The position numbers were made by a program, and so were the translations under genes. DNA of 25,598 nucleotides from a virus (taxonomy: Duplodnaviria; Caudoviricetes): IMG/VR virus record IMGVR_UViG_3300035137_000025, positions 1-25,598 of that record; one strand, given 5' to 3'. This document shows positions 1 through 7,818 of the stretch, piece after piece (position 1 is the stretch's first letter; the number at the start of each line of letters is the position of its first letter). Under the pieces are notes generated by a model. The model made no database searches and had not been told where the DNA came from. It saw only the letters and a list, made by a program, of their open reading frames with translations.

Positions 1-497
1 TTGTCGTCATATGTAATACTATAATCATCTATTTTTTCAGATTTTACACCGACTTCTTTCTCGGACAAGGAAATATCATATTTAATCATTTTCGCCGCAA
101 CCATTTTAAGTGGAGTAGGATATTTAACCCTAGTAATAAATACCCCTTCCCCTTCGTCTTCATCTATTAACCTATTTACATCATTTACAACTATGCTATT
201 ATCGTTTACAGTTTGGACCGTATAAGGATTATCATTTCTTAATGAACCATAAACCCTAATAGTATCATTCTCAACTAATTGCTTATTACCTATCCCAGTA
301 AAATTTATTTCATTGGTCGAGCCTGTAAAGCTTATTGTATTTGATGAAAAATAAACATAATTTCTATCAGTAAAATCTTTATTGCAATAATCACATATAA
401 CATTTTCAACAATTGGAATCATAATCTTAATAAAAGAATCATAAGTTGAATTGCTAATTTGCAATAAATTTTTAACTTCTGTTACTGTTACAATCAT
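1..497 (-). CDS. Head-tail connector/adaptor protein (SPP1 gp15 / HK97 gp6-like) with an inserted beta-rich segment; 3' end runs off the window
   Basis: Not in the ORF track. ATG at 497 with AGGAGG RBS at ~506-511. Reads MIVTVTEVKNLLQISNSTYDSFIKIMIPIVENVICDYCNKDF...YPTPLKMVAAKMIKYD...GVKSEKIDDYSITYDD, matching the typical connector N-terminal helix pair and the C-terminal 'vkSEsigdYSvsY' motif. Confidence 0.75.
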   Translation of the reverse strand, partial: MIVTVTEVKNLLQISNSTYDSFIKIMIPIVENVICDYCNKDFTDRNYVYFSSNTISFTGSTNEINFTGIGNKQLVENDTIRVYGSLRNDNPYTVQTVNDNSIVVNDVNRLIDEDEGEGVFITRVKYPTPLKMVAAKMIKYDISLSEKEVGVKSEKIDDYSITYDD

Positions 498-518
498 GTT
501 GCTAACCTCCTTTTTAAT

Positions 519-704
519 AACCTAGCAAGGGCAAACCTAGCAAAAATTTTATACCTAGCAAGCAAACAAACCTAGCAAAAACTAATTATATTTCTAACTT
601 AGCAAAATTTAAACCTAGCAAGCAAACCTAGTAAATAGTTATATTTCTAACTTAGCAAGATCAAACCTAGCAAGCAAATTTTAGTTTTATTTCTAATTTA
701 GCAA
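519..704. repeat. Array of ~10 direct copies of AAC(C/T)TAGCAA with a higher-order ~46-53 bp unit
   Basis: Copies start at 519, 534, 552, 569, 596, 612, 625, 649, 664 and 695. TTATATTTCTAACTTAGCAA occurs at 586-605 and 639-658, with a variant at 685-704. Confidence 0.95.
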
Positions 705-998
705 GTTAACTTTTTTCATTTTGCCAAGTTTTCTATTTTCTATTTTATCAATAATTCTTTTTTCTTCTTCTTCTTTTTCATCAACATTCATGTATTTTTC
801 TTCAGATTTATTTTTTTGATTTTTAAAATAAGTATCAAAATCCATTTCACAACCATTAGCAATTTCAACCAACCATAATTTATACATATTTTCCTCTTGT
901 GTTCGTTCTATTGCTTTTAGATATAATTTAAGCCCACTTTCAAAAGGTAGGCCTAAAATATATTCTATATATGTAAAATCCTTATAATAATTCATCAT
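693..998 (-). CDS. Tail assembly chaperone, C-terminal (gpT-like) part, probably reached by -1 frameshift
   Basis: The frame stays open upstream of the ATG to the slippery site at 1115-1121. No clear RBS of its own; lies directly after the chaperone gene. Confidence 0.75.
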   Translation of the reverse strand: MMNYYKDFTYIEYILGLPFESGLKLYLKAIERTQEENMYKLWLVEIANGCEMDFDTYFKNQKNKSEEKYMNVDEKEEEEKRIIDKIENRKLGKMKKVNLLN

Positions 999-1081
999 TG
1001 GTTCAATGATGTTTTCATCTGTAAAAAAATCTATTATAAAGATATAATTTTTTATAAGATTTTCGATTATTTCTTTGTCGG

Positions 1082-1480
1082 TTAGTTGAAATGCTCCGCT
1101 TTTATCTCTTGAAACTTTTTTTTAAACTCGGACAAATCAACTATTTTACCGATAACTTTAGGCACTCCGGCAATAAAAACATCTTTTAAAACTTCTATAA
1201 AAGCATCTTCTTCCAAATTATCAATTTCAGTTTGATTTAAACCCTTGTAAGACATTATTAACTTGTCAATGCTCGATTCAGCTTTATACATGTTTTGAAG
1301 GACAAAAGCAAAAATATCAATTACAACTATTAAAACTTTTTCCTTTTGCCCCTCGGACTTACTAAGTATTTTATCAAGTTTTGTAGATAGCAAATATTCT
1401 GCATAGTGTTTAAAATTCACTTCGTCTAATATTCTGCTAACTATCATAACTTCTTTTTTCCTCAATTTTCTCTCACTCAC
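1082..1480 (-). CDS. Tail assembly chaperone (gpG-like); likely start is GTG at 1480
   Basis: Directly downstream of the tail tube gene. AAGGAG RBS precedes GTG at 1480. Helical composition; A_AAA_AAG near the 3' end. Confidence 0.8.
   Translation of the reverse strand: MSERKLRKKEVMIVSRILDEVNFKHYAEYLLSTKLDKILSKSEGQKEKVLIVVIDIFAFVLQNMYKAESSIDKLIMSYKGLNQTEIDNLEEDAFIEVLKDVFIAGVPKVIGKIVDLSEFKKKFQEIKAEHFN
1115..1121 (-). other. -1 programmed ribosomal frameshift heptamer A_AAA_AAG
   Basis: In-frame codons are TTT AAA AAA AAG. The -1 frame reads VSRDKSGAFQLTDKEIIENLIKNYIFIIDFFTDENIIEP-MMNYY without a stop and joins ORF 693..998. Confidence 0.85.
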
Positions 1481-1529
1481 TCGAAACACTCCTTTGATAT
1501 AATAAAATACACAAAATATAGTATGTAAA

Positions 1530-2093
1530 TTATGCACTTATCTCTTCTTGCATATTAAATGGCGGCGTACTTGGGGCCGCATAAGTATAAAACCCAGTGT
1601 ATACCATTTCGCTTACGACCGCGTCCATACCATTAAATTCAAATCCGATATCATCCATATTGAAAGCATTTTGCACAATAATTTTACAATAAGTTCCGTC
1701 GGCCTTATAACCTTGGAAACCTACATTTGTTAAAACGTCAGCCGCCGCAAAATCAGTATCAAAAGATATTTTTTTATATGTTCCGTCTTGATCGCTACCA
1801 TCTGAAACGGTAACATTGCAACCATACGCCATATTAACATAATTTATTTTTAAAAAATTAATTATCAATTTTGCAACAAACGTATCATATTGCCTCATTC
1901 CTTTAGTTGGTCCCATTGCTCCATCATATTCAACCTCACGAATTACTCTATCAATCGTAAGTTTAGAACCGCCGCGTGTTGCTCCAATTAAAGCCTCTCC
2001 GGATTCTCCAAGGTTTTTGTAAACTAGCCCTTCACCTAACATGATATCCTTGGCCTTTTCAGGAACCGCCGGGGCAAAAGTATTTATTCCCAT
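1530..2093 (-). CDS. Major tail (tube) protein
   Basis: Motifs DIMLGEG, LIGATRGG, REVEYDG, IIVQNAFN and YTGFY are typical of Firmicutes siphophage tail tubes. Lies before the chaperones; strong RBS. Confidence 0.8.
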   Translation of the reverse strand: MGINTFAPAVPEKAKDIMLGEGLVYKNLGESGEALIGATRGGSKLTIDRVIREVEYDGAMGPTKGMRQYDTFVAKLIINFLKINYVNMAYGCNVTVSDGSDQDGTYKKISFDTDFAAADVLTNVGFQGYKADGTYCKIIVQNAFNMDDIGFEFNGMDAVVSEMVYTGFYTYAAPSTPPFNMQEEISA

Positions 2094-2106
2094 GTCTTAC
2101 ACCTCC

Positions 2107-3210
2107 TTATGCAACATATTCATATATTTCGATTGGACAAATTAACCCGGACCCATACTTATAATGACCGGTAAATTCAGTTTCATTTACACTTTCGTCT
2201 TTATCTTCAAAAGCAAGTTCTAATTTTCCATCATTAAAAGCATTTTTCAAGACTATTTTCATTTTTTTACCGTCCATTCTTTGGCCGATAATAGTAATAT
2301 TTTCTAAATAATCGTCATTGCCTATCTCTAAATCTGGCGAATATTGTTTATACGTTGTTTCGTCTGTGTATGTAAATGTTGAGCCATTTACCGGCAAAAC
2401 TGAACTATCAGTTTGTGCTTGAATTAAGTCTATTGAGTCAACATAGAACTCTAAAGCGTCGTCGGTTGCGTCTGGTACTTCAAAAGATATACCAGTTACG
2501 GCACTCCATGAAGCCGTTCCTTCTTCTGTAAATGCTGACTTAAGGACTTTTAAATTAGTCCATTGATCGGCGGTTAAGGCCGACGCTTCAACATCATACC
2601 AATAATAATTTGTTTCGGTTTCTTCTGCATCCTTATGTATTCTTAATTGAATACTATCTGTTCCAAGTATAGCAAGCATAGCAGTAGTAATATATATTGA
2701 AAATCCAATATAATCGGCCGTGTCGGAAGTTTCGGAGTTATCAAAAGCCGTTAAGTCTTTCGCACTTGCAAAAACTTCATGGATACCATGTCCGGTTTGT
2801 GCCGACGCTATACTACATTTAGCCGATTGATCTCCACTATTAACAATAGTAGTTTCAGCCGCATAAGTACCCCCGTCATTTCCCCAGTTTCCACTTTCCC
2901 AAGTTCCGTCGCTTTCACAATCTGAAATAATTTTTCTATTAAAATATTTTAAATACAAACTTTTTAAAGTAATTTTTCCAACTAATCTTTCATATCTTAC
3001 TAATGGCACTCCGTCACTGTCTAAAGTGGGACCATAAGCACCATCAAATTCAATTAATTTAATTTGACGTAATATATCAACTTTACAACCTTCTCTAGTT
3101 GCCCCTAGTAGTGTCTGTGTTGGCAAACCATAATTGGCATAAGTTTTAAACTTTCCCATTATAACATCATTGGCGACTGGTACTGTAGGCGTTACCGCAG
3201 TTATTGACAT
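2107..3210 (-). CDS. Second tail-tube paralogue with an internal ~175-aa carbohydrate-binding-module-like insertion
   Basis: N-terminus (LLGATREG, IEFDGAYGPT) and C-terminus (DGKKMKIVLKNAFN, FTGHY) align by eye with ORF 1530..2093. The insert (~2419-2940) has galactose-binding-domain-like motifs: DLT..DYIGFSIY, QWTNLKV, FYVDSI. Confidence 0.7.
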   Translation of the reverse strand: MSITAVTPTVPVANDVIMGKFKTYANYGLPTQTLLGATREGCKVDILRQIKLIEFDGAYGPTLDSDGVPLVRYERLVGKITLKSLYLKYFNRKIISDCESDGTWESGNWGNDGGTYAAETTIVNSGDQSAKCSIASAQTGHGIHEVFASAKDLTAFDNSETSDTADYIGFSIYITTAMLAILGTDSIQLRIHKDAEETETNYYWYDVEASALTADQWTNLKVLKSAFTEEGTASWSAVTGISFEVPDATDDALEFYVDSIDLIQAQTDSSVLPVNGSTFTYTDETTYKQYSPDLEIGNDDYLENITIIGQRMDGKKMKIVLKNAFNDGKLELAFEDKDESVNETEFTGHYKYGSGLICPIEIYEYVA

Positions 3211-3224
3211 AAAATCACTCCTTT

Positions 3225-3620
3225 CTAATCAACTTTTAAAATATATCTTTGGTTATATCTTGTTATATTTGGTTCTGGGTCTTCAATTTCACTCTCAAAA
3301 TCAATATGACAATAATAAAAGCCTTCACTTTCATTTTGAGTTGAAATATTCAATCCGATATACTCTGTCTCTCCTTCTGTTCTTCCATTCTTAACATATT
3401 CGGCCGCTTGTAAAATTTCACTATCATCATAACTATCATTCCAAAAATTAAGCTCTAATATCCAGTCTTTTCTTTCTCTTACAAGATAGTTACAAGCATT
3501 AAACTTATAAACTAGGTATGGAAAAGTCGCTTCATCTGGAACCTTAGTATCATAAACATTAATATTTGATAAATTTTCAAGCCTTTCCTTGACATATGTT
3601 TTAAGTTCGATCAATTCCAT
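3225..3620 (-). CDS. Tail completion/terminator protein (SPP1 gp17 / DUF3168-like)
   Basis: VYD..P..ATFPYLVY motif; size; position between the HK97-gp10-like gene and the tail tube. Confidence 0.75.
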   Translation of the reverse strand: MELIELKTYVKERLENLSNINVYDTKVPDEATFPYLVYKFNACNYLVRERKDWILELNFWNDSYDDSEILQAAEYVKNGRTEGETEYIGLNISTQNESEGFYYCHIDFESEIEDPEPNITRYNQRYILKVD

Positions 3621-3632
3621 GTTTTACCCCTT

Positions 3633-3959
3633 TTACCCCTTCATACCTTTTGACATATAAGAAGCACTTATTTGTTTTAATGTACTTACATAATTTAAGG
3701 CCGCCGGCCTCATAAATGGATGAGCCGCCATTTTATAAGTCCCAAGTTCTTGGTATTTTGCATATGGCGTGTCATTCATTAAAAACAATTCATTGCGATT
3801 AATAACATATGTATTTCTTGATTTCAAATATCCAGTGTCAACGGCTACATGATAATCCATTTTAGAAACACAGAAAACACCCATTGCATTTAAAGCCGCA
3901 AGTTCATTTTCTTTTAATTGTCTCATAAATTTGCCTGTTCGATTTACTATTCTTATCAT
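3633..3959 (-). CDS. HK97 gp10-family tail component
   Basis: Hallmark motifs AVDTGYLKS, TPYAKYQELGT and HPFMRPA. Confidence 0.9.
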   Translation of the reverse strand: MIRIVNRTGKFMRQLKENELAALNAMGVFCVSKMDYHVAVDTGYLKSRNTYVINRNELFLMNDTPYAKYQELGTYKMAAHPFMRPAALNYVSTLKQISASYMSKGMKG

Positions 3960-5020
3960 GACAACACCTTTTTATATATTTTATTCATCTTGTCAGAGTA
4001 ATTTTTTAAACTGAAAACTTCGGCCCTTTTTCTTATAGCCTCTCGATCAATTTTATTATTTTTGAAATCATCAATAAACCATTCTAAAGCTTGTATGATA
4101 TCTTTAGGATTAGACATATTACATGTATAATCACTAACAAGGTTAGTTTCGTTGACTTCACTAATAACCGGAACCCCACAAGTTAAAGCCTCTCCAATAG
4201 TTCTAGTTATAATTCTATTTGGACTTATAACACAATCCACAGAATTATAAACATCTAACATATTGGTTAATCTTCCATAAACATTACCAAGGCCGCCCAA
4301 TTGTTTTAATTTATCTAAAACAATACCCCAACAATTAGGAATTTTCCCACCTTCTAATAAATCCATTCCGCAAATATGCACTTTAATATTTTTAAACCTT
4401 TTACATGCTTGTATTAATCCATTAACAACTTCATAATTGCATATGTCCTCACGTTCACTATCACATAATAATATATTTATTTCACCCTTATTTTCTAATA
4501 CATTAACATTTTTTATAAAAAACCTTTTTTCGTCAATAACCGGATAGTCTAAAACAATATCTTTACTTGATAATACATTTTCCCAATATGACTTAAATTC
4601 AGGCCAAAAATATAACATTCCTTTTACCCTTTTCCACTTGCTTATATCATGATACAAAGTAAAAGAATTAAAGTTGTTACTGCTAATACGCTCCGGCCTA
4701 AAACAAGCTAACGGCCGCCCATGAACGGCCCACAATATTGGGGCTTGTGTTTTGACTATCCAGTTATCATTGCATCCAGTATGCATAATAATAATATCAG
4801 CTTCATTTATAAATAAGGGGTCGCTTGTTTCTAGACTAAAGTCGCCCCTTTCATCAACTTGCCCTATTATCCCGTTTTCCCTTATCCCATTTCTTGAAGC
4901 ACCTGCATCAATAAAATATACGTTGTTTCCTCCAAGGATATCCGCTCTACTCATGTCTCTAGCCGCCTCATAAAGACCACAAGCATTAGGGGCAAAAGGG
5001 GCAATATGTACAATAATCAT
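3956..5020 (-). CDS. Glycosyltransferase, GT-B fold (GT4-like)
   Basis: N-terminal 'IVHIAPF..GL', 'ADIIIMH', 'AVHG', 'PVIDEKRF', 'DVYNSVDCVI', 'IGEALTCGVPVIS' and terminal 'FSLKNY...IYKKVL'. Its stop overlaps the next ATG. Confidence 0.85.
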   Translation of the reverse strand: MIIVHIAPFAPNACGLYEAARDMSRADILGGNNVYFIDAGASRNGIRENGIIGQVDERGDFSLETSDPLFINEADIIIMHTGCNDNWIVKTQAPILWAVHGRPLACFRPERISSNNFNSFTLYHDISKWKRVKGMLYFWPEFKSYWENVLSSKDIVLDYPVIDEKRFFIKNVNVLENKGEINILLCDSEREDICNYEVVNGLIQACKRFKNIKVHICGMDLLEGGKIPNCWGIVLDKLKQLGGLGNVYGRLTNMLDVYNSVDCVISPNRIITRTIGEALTCGVPVISEVNETNLVSDYTCNMSNPKDIIQALEWFIDDFKNNKIDREAIRKRAEVFSLKNYSDKMNKIYKKVLS

Positions 5021-5035
5021 TTTAAAATCCTCCTA

Positions 5036-5896
5036 TTATCCGGCCGCTACAACACCAACTGAATCTACCTTACTATCTGTTGTGCTAAATCCAGTTGATA
5101 CAACCGTTGCAAGTGATACAACCGCAGACAAAGCCGAACTATTAGCAGTTGAAGCCGCTACCGCCGCACTATCTACCGCCGACAAATTAGTACTATTTGC
5201 AGTACTTCCGGCTGTGCCATAACTAGCAATAGCTGACAAGCTTGAACTATTTGCAGTACTGGCCGCCGTTGCCGCACTATCTGTCTTAGAATTTCCAGTA
5301 CTCAACAATGTTCCTATGCTAACCGCTGAACTATTGCCCGTACTTTGCAAAGTTCCAACACTTTGAATCGCTGAATAATTTGTACTATTTGCCGTACTTG
5401 TTGCAGTTCCGACACTATCTGTTTTAGTTCCATAACTAGCTATAAGACTGTTTCCTGTACTTGCTAAAGTTCCAACACTAGTGATCTTAGAACCGTTAAC
5501 AGTGCCTAAACTATTCGCAGTACTAACTAAGGTTCCAACACTAACCGCTGAACTATTCCCCGTACTTTGTAAAACTCCAATACTATCATTTTTAGCATTT
5601 GCAGTACTAACCAAAGTTCCAACGCTTACGGCCGAACTATTACCAGTACTAACTAAAGTTCCAACTGAATCAATTCCATCATTCGCCGTACTTATTGCCG
5701 CTCCGGCACTTACTATAGTACTAGCACCGGTTGATATATCAGTTGCGGCACTTGTTAAAGAACTAACATTTGTTGATTCCGCTGTAATTAGAGAATCAAA
5801 AACCGTTGCATTTGAAGCTATTTGACTTGACGCGGTCGCTATACTAGACAGACCATCGCCAATAGAATCCAACTTACCTTTTAATGTGTATGCCAT
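5036..5896 (-). CDS. Ser/Thr/Ala/Gly-rich repeat protein, probable coiled-coil virion fibre
   Basis: About 11 repeats of S[VI]GTL.ST[GA]NS... spaced 14, 18 or 21 aa apart (heptad/hendecad multiples). No signal peptide; strong AAGGAG RBS; inside the structural operon. Confidence 0.6.
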   Translation of the reverse strand: MAYTLKGKLDSIGDGLSSIATASSQIASNATVFDSLITAESTNVSSLTSAATDISTGASTIVSAGAAISTANDGIDSVGTLVSTGNSSAVSVGTLVSTANAKNDSIGVLQSTGNSSAVSVGTLVSTANSLGTVNGSKITSVGTLASTGNSLIASYGTKTDSVGTATSTANSTNYSAIQSVGTLQSTGNSSAVSIGTLLSTGNSKTDSAATAASTANSSSLSAIASYGTAGSTANSTNLSAVDSAAVAASTANSSALSAVVSLATVVSTGFSTTDSKVDSVGVVAAG

Positions 5897-5951
5897 TTGC
5901 TACACTCCTTTATAAGTAATTTTATTACCATTTTCGAAAATATCTAAGTTG

Positions 5952-6800
5952 TCATACAGTACTTAACCAATTCCATGATACATATATTGTTGTATTTAAC
6001 AATATAAATGACCTTGCATACCCATCTAACCAATCAGCCCCGTCCATAGTTGCCCCTAATCTTACATTGTCACAAGATATAGCGGCTGGGGTATTAACTT
6101 TAGTTATTCCTCGATAGGTTCCATCATACCTCATATCAAATAAATTGGCCCCTGTATTAAATATAGTTAAAAGTTTATGCACTGTGCCGGTGGTAATTGT
6201 GTCATATATTGATACCCAACCCGATCTATTACTATCAGCCGCATAAACCGCCAATAATTCGTTTGTAAGATATCCGGTAGTATTACCAAAGCGAATACCG
6301 CCGTAATTATCTTCGAGATTAAACGATAGTTTTCGTGAAGAATTATAAGTAATTTCTTGATTAGTTTCAAAGCTTATATATCCACTCCACATAGTCCCGC
6401 CAGTGTCGCCAACGTCTAACCTATCGTCAACCCCATCAAATTTTATACCTTTTTCAATAAAGACTCCACTTTCACAAATTTTAGGTTGATAACTGCTATT
6501 AGTTTGGACTGCATTATTGCCATTTCCTGACTGGTCATAAAGAGTATGAACGTAACCATCACCGGAACCGCAAAAACTTTGTATAGCTCCACGATTAACA
6601 AAACTACCAGAAAAGCCGATATCTTTTGTCGCATTGTCAGAGCTTCTTCTAATTTTCATACAATATCCGGAATACTCTTTTGTAAGTCTATAAATGCTAA
6701 GGCCCATAAAAGTATAATTTAGTTGACTATAATAGTCTAATGGCCCCGTAAAAGCACCACTATAATTATTTTTATTTAACCCTAGTCCTAAACCTAACAT
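5952..6800 (-). CDS. Putative head fibre: N-terminal LGLGLGL peptide plus an arabinofuranosidase-B(GH54)-like / ConA-like lectin domain
   Basis: Starts MLGLGLGL. 'YRL...YSG..MKIRRSSDN..DIGF', 'GDGYV.TLYDQSGNGN.A.Q...QP' and 'IKFDGVDD.L' are typical of GH54-like/LamG domains in phage virion proteins. Confidence 0.7.
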   Translation of the reverse strand: MLGLGLGLNKNNYSGAFTGPLDYYSQLNYTFMGLSIYRLTKEYSGYCMKIRRSSDNATKDIGFSGSFVNRGAIQSFCGSGDGYVHTLYDQSGNGNNAVQTNSSYQPKICESGVFIEKGIKFDGVDDRLDVGDTGGTMWSGYISFETNQEITYNSSRKLSFNLEDNYGGIRFGNTTGYLTNELLAVYAADSNRSGWVSIYDTITTGTVHKLLTIFNTGANLFDMRYDGTYRGITKVNTPAAISCDNVRLGATMDGADWLDGYARSFILLNTTIYVSWNWLSTV

Positions 6801-6803
6801 GTT

Positions 6804-7061
6804 TTATCCCCCTAAATAAGCAATCACGCTACCACTACCCAAAGTAATACTTGTGAAAGTTCCATAAATAACAAACCCGGCCGGTACTGAAACACCACTT
6901 AAACCGGTAATGTCACCGACCGCCGTAACTGTCGAATCTTCTATTGCTTGTATTGCTACATAATTGTAGGGGCTTGTTGGTGTATGTGCATCGGTATCGT
7001 CTATAACTTCGCCACCATAACCGCCCATTGATGCAACAATTGAGCCTTTTTCCGTGTTCAT
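6804..7061 (-). CDS. Small beta-rich protein, probable head-spike base (RcGTA Rcc01079-like role)
   Basis: 85 aa with beta-strand pattern and 'VPAG.VI.G....I..GSG.VIAY' C-terminus; directly upstream of the LGLGLGL protein. Confidence 0.55.
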   Translation of the reverse strand: MNTEKGSIVASMGGYGGEVIDDTDAHTPTSPYNYVAIQAIEDSTVTAVGDITGLSGVSVPAGFVIYGTFTSITLGSGSVIAYLGG

Positions 7062-7222
7062 AATTCGGCCTCATTTCCACCATATAATTTAATAAAATAT
7101 AAACATTTTTGTTTGTGGTCCTCTGTCAAAGATACATAATACCGCCTTATCCATTTACGTTTTAAAGTTTCAGTTTCTATGTTATCCATTAAAAGTTTTT
7201 CAACTTCTTTTTTTGATCTCAT
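7058..7222 (-). CDS. Hypothetical protein, 54 aa (MRSKKEVEKLLMDNIETETLKRKWIRRYY...)
   Basis: Not in the track. AGGGGG RBS; ATGA overlap with the next gene; fills the gap exactly. Confidence 0.7.
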   Translation of the reverse strand: MRSKKEVEKLLMDNIETETLKRKWIRRYYVSLTEDHKQKCLYFIKLYGGNEAEL

Positions 7223-7224
7223 TT

Positions 7225-7818
7225 TTACCCCCTAATTGGATAAGCAAAATGCTTACATCTTACATGAAATAGTCCTTGTGATCTTGCATAGTTTAATTCT
7301 TGTAAAGTTAAAATTTTATTTTCCCAAGGTATACACAACGGACAAGGCTTTGAGCTTGTCGTTATTTGCACTTTACCGTCTTGGTCTATATTTTCTAAAA
7401 CACTTAGTCTTACTATCTCATTGTTAAAGTGAGTAGTACACATATTACTGTATGTCTCTATGTTCCATCTGGCCCCATTTTTCGCAGTAAAACCATGAAT
7501 CCCTCTTGTTGCGTATTCGTCTAAAATTCTTTGTTTTACTATAGGGTCACTTGTCGCCTTTAACAATTTTAAAGTTTTATTGTAATCATCCCTAGCACTT
7601 TTATACATTCCATTCATGCTAGACATATAATCTTTTATCATTTTCTTAGCTTCTTCTGACTTGCTTATGCTTTCATAATGAGATTGAACAACCTGTAATA
7701 AACTATGATTAGTAAGCATTTTTCTAAACTGAAAAAACTTTTCAGCCTTTAAGTTCTTTAATGCCATATTAGAAACATTTTCATAATAGTTAATTAAATT
7801 TTGTTGAACATCACTCAT
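7225..7818 (-). CDS. Phage minor capsid protein (Phage_min_cap2 / SPP1 gp7-related); likely start 7818
   Basis: GI.GF..KNGARWNIETY..M, CPLC.PWE.KI and GLFH.RCKH motifs; GAGGGG RBS before ATG at 7818. Confidence 0.85.
   Translation of the reverse strand: MSDVQQNLINYYENVSNMALKNLKAEKFFQFRKMLTNHSLLQVVQSHYESISKSEEAKKMIKDYMSSMNGMYKSARDDYNKTLKLLKATSDPIVKQRILDEYATRGIHGFTAKNGARWNIETYSNMCTTHFNNEIVRLSVLENIDQDGKVQITTSSKPCPLCIPWENKILTLQELNYARSQGLFHVRCKHFAYPIRG

Noticed and set aside
519-704. CRISPR or mini-CRISPR array
   Set aside because: Repeats are only ~10 bp with irregular 3-21 bp gaps that are themselves partly repeated; no unique ~30-bp spacers and no cas genes.
3956-5020. Serotype-conversion or DNA-glucosylation role for the glycosyltransferase
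   Set aside because: No GtrA/GtrB, membrane partner or base-hydroxymethylase genes in the window, and the gene is translationally coupled to virion genes. Disfavoured rather than excluded.
5036-5896. Ice-binding/ice-nucleation protein or flagellin
   Set aside because: Lacks regular TxT ladders or the 16-aa AGYGST repeat, and lacks flagellin terminal motifs. The 7/11-based periodicity fits a coiled coil better.
6167-6634. Alternative-frame minus ORFs 6167..6370 and 6443..6634
   Set aside because: Both are nested within the lectin fibre gene, with no RBS or recognisable features.
5952-6800. Diversity-generating retroelement target
   Set aside because: No reverse transcriptase and no template/variable repeat pair differing at adenines is visible in the window.
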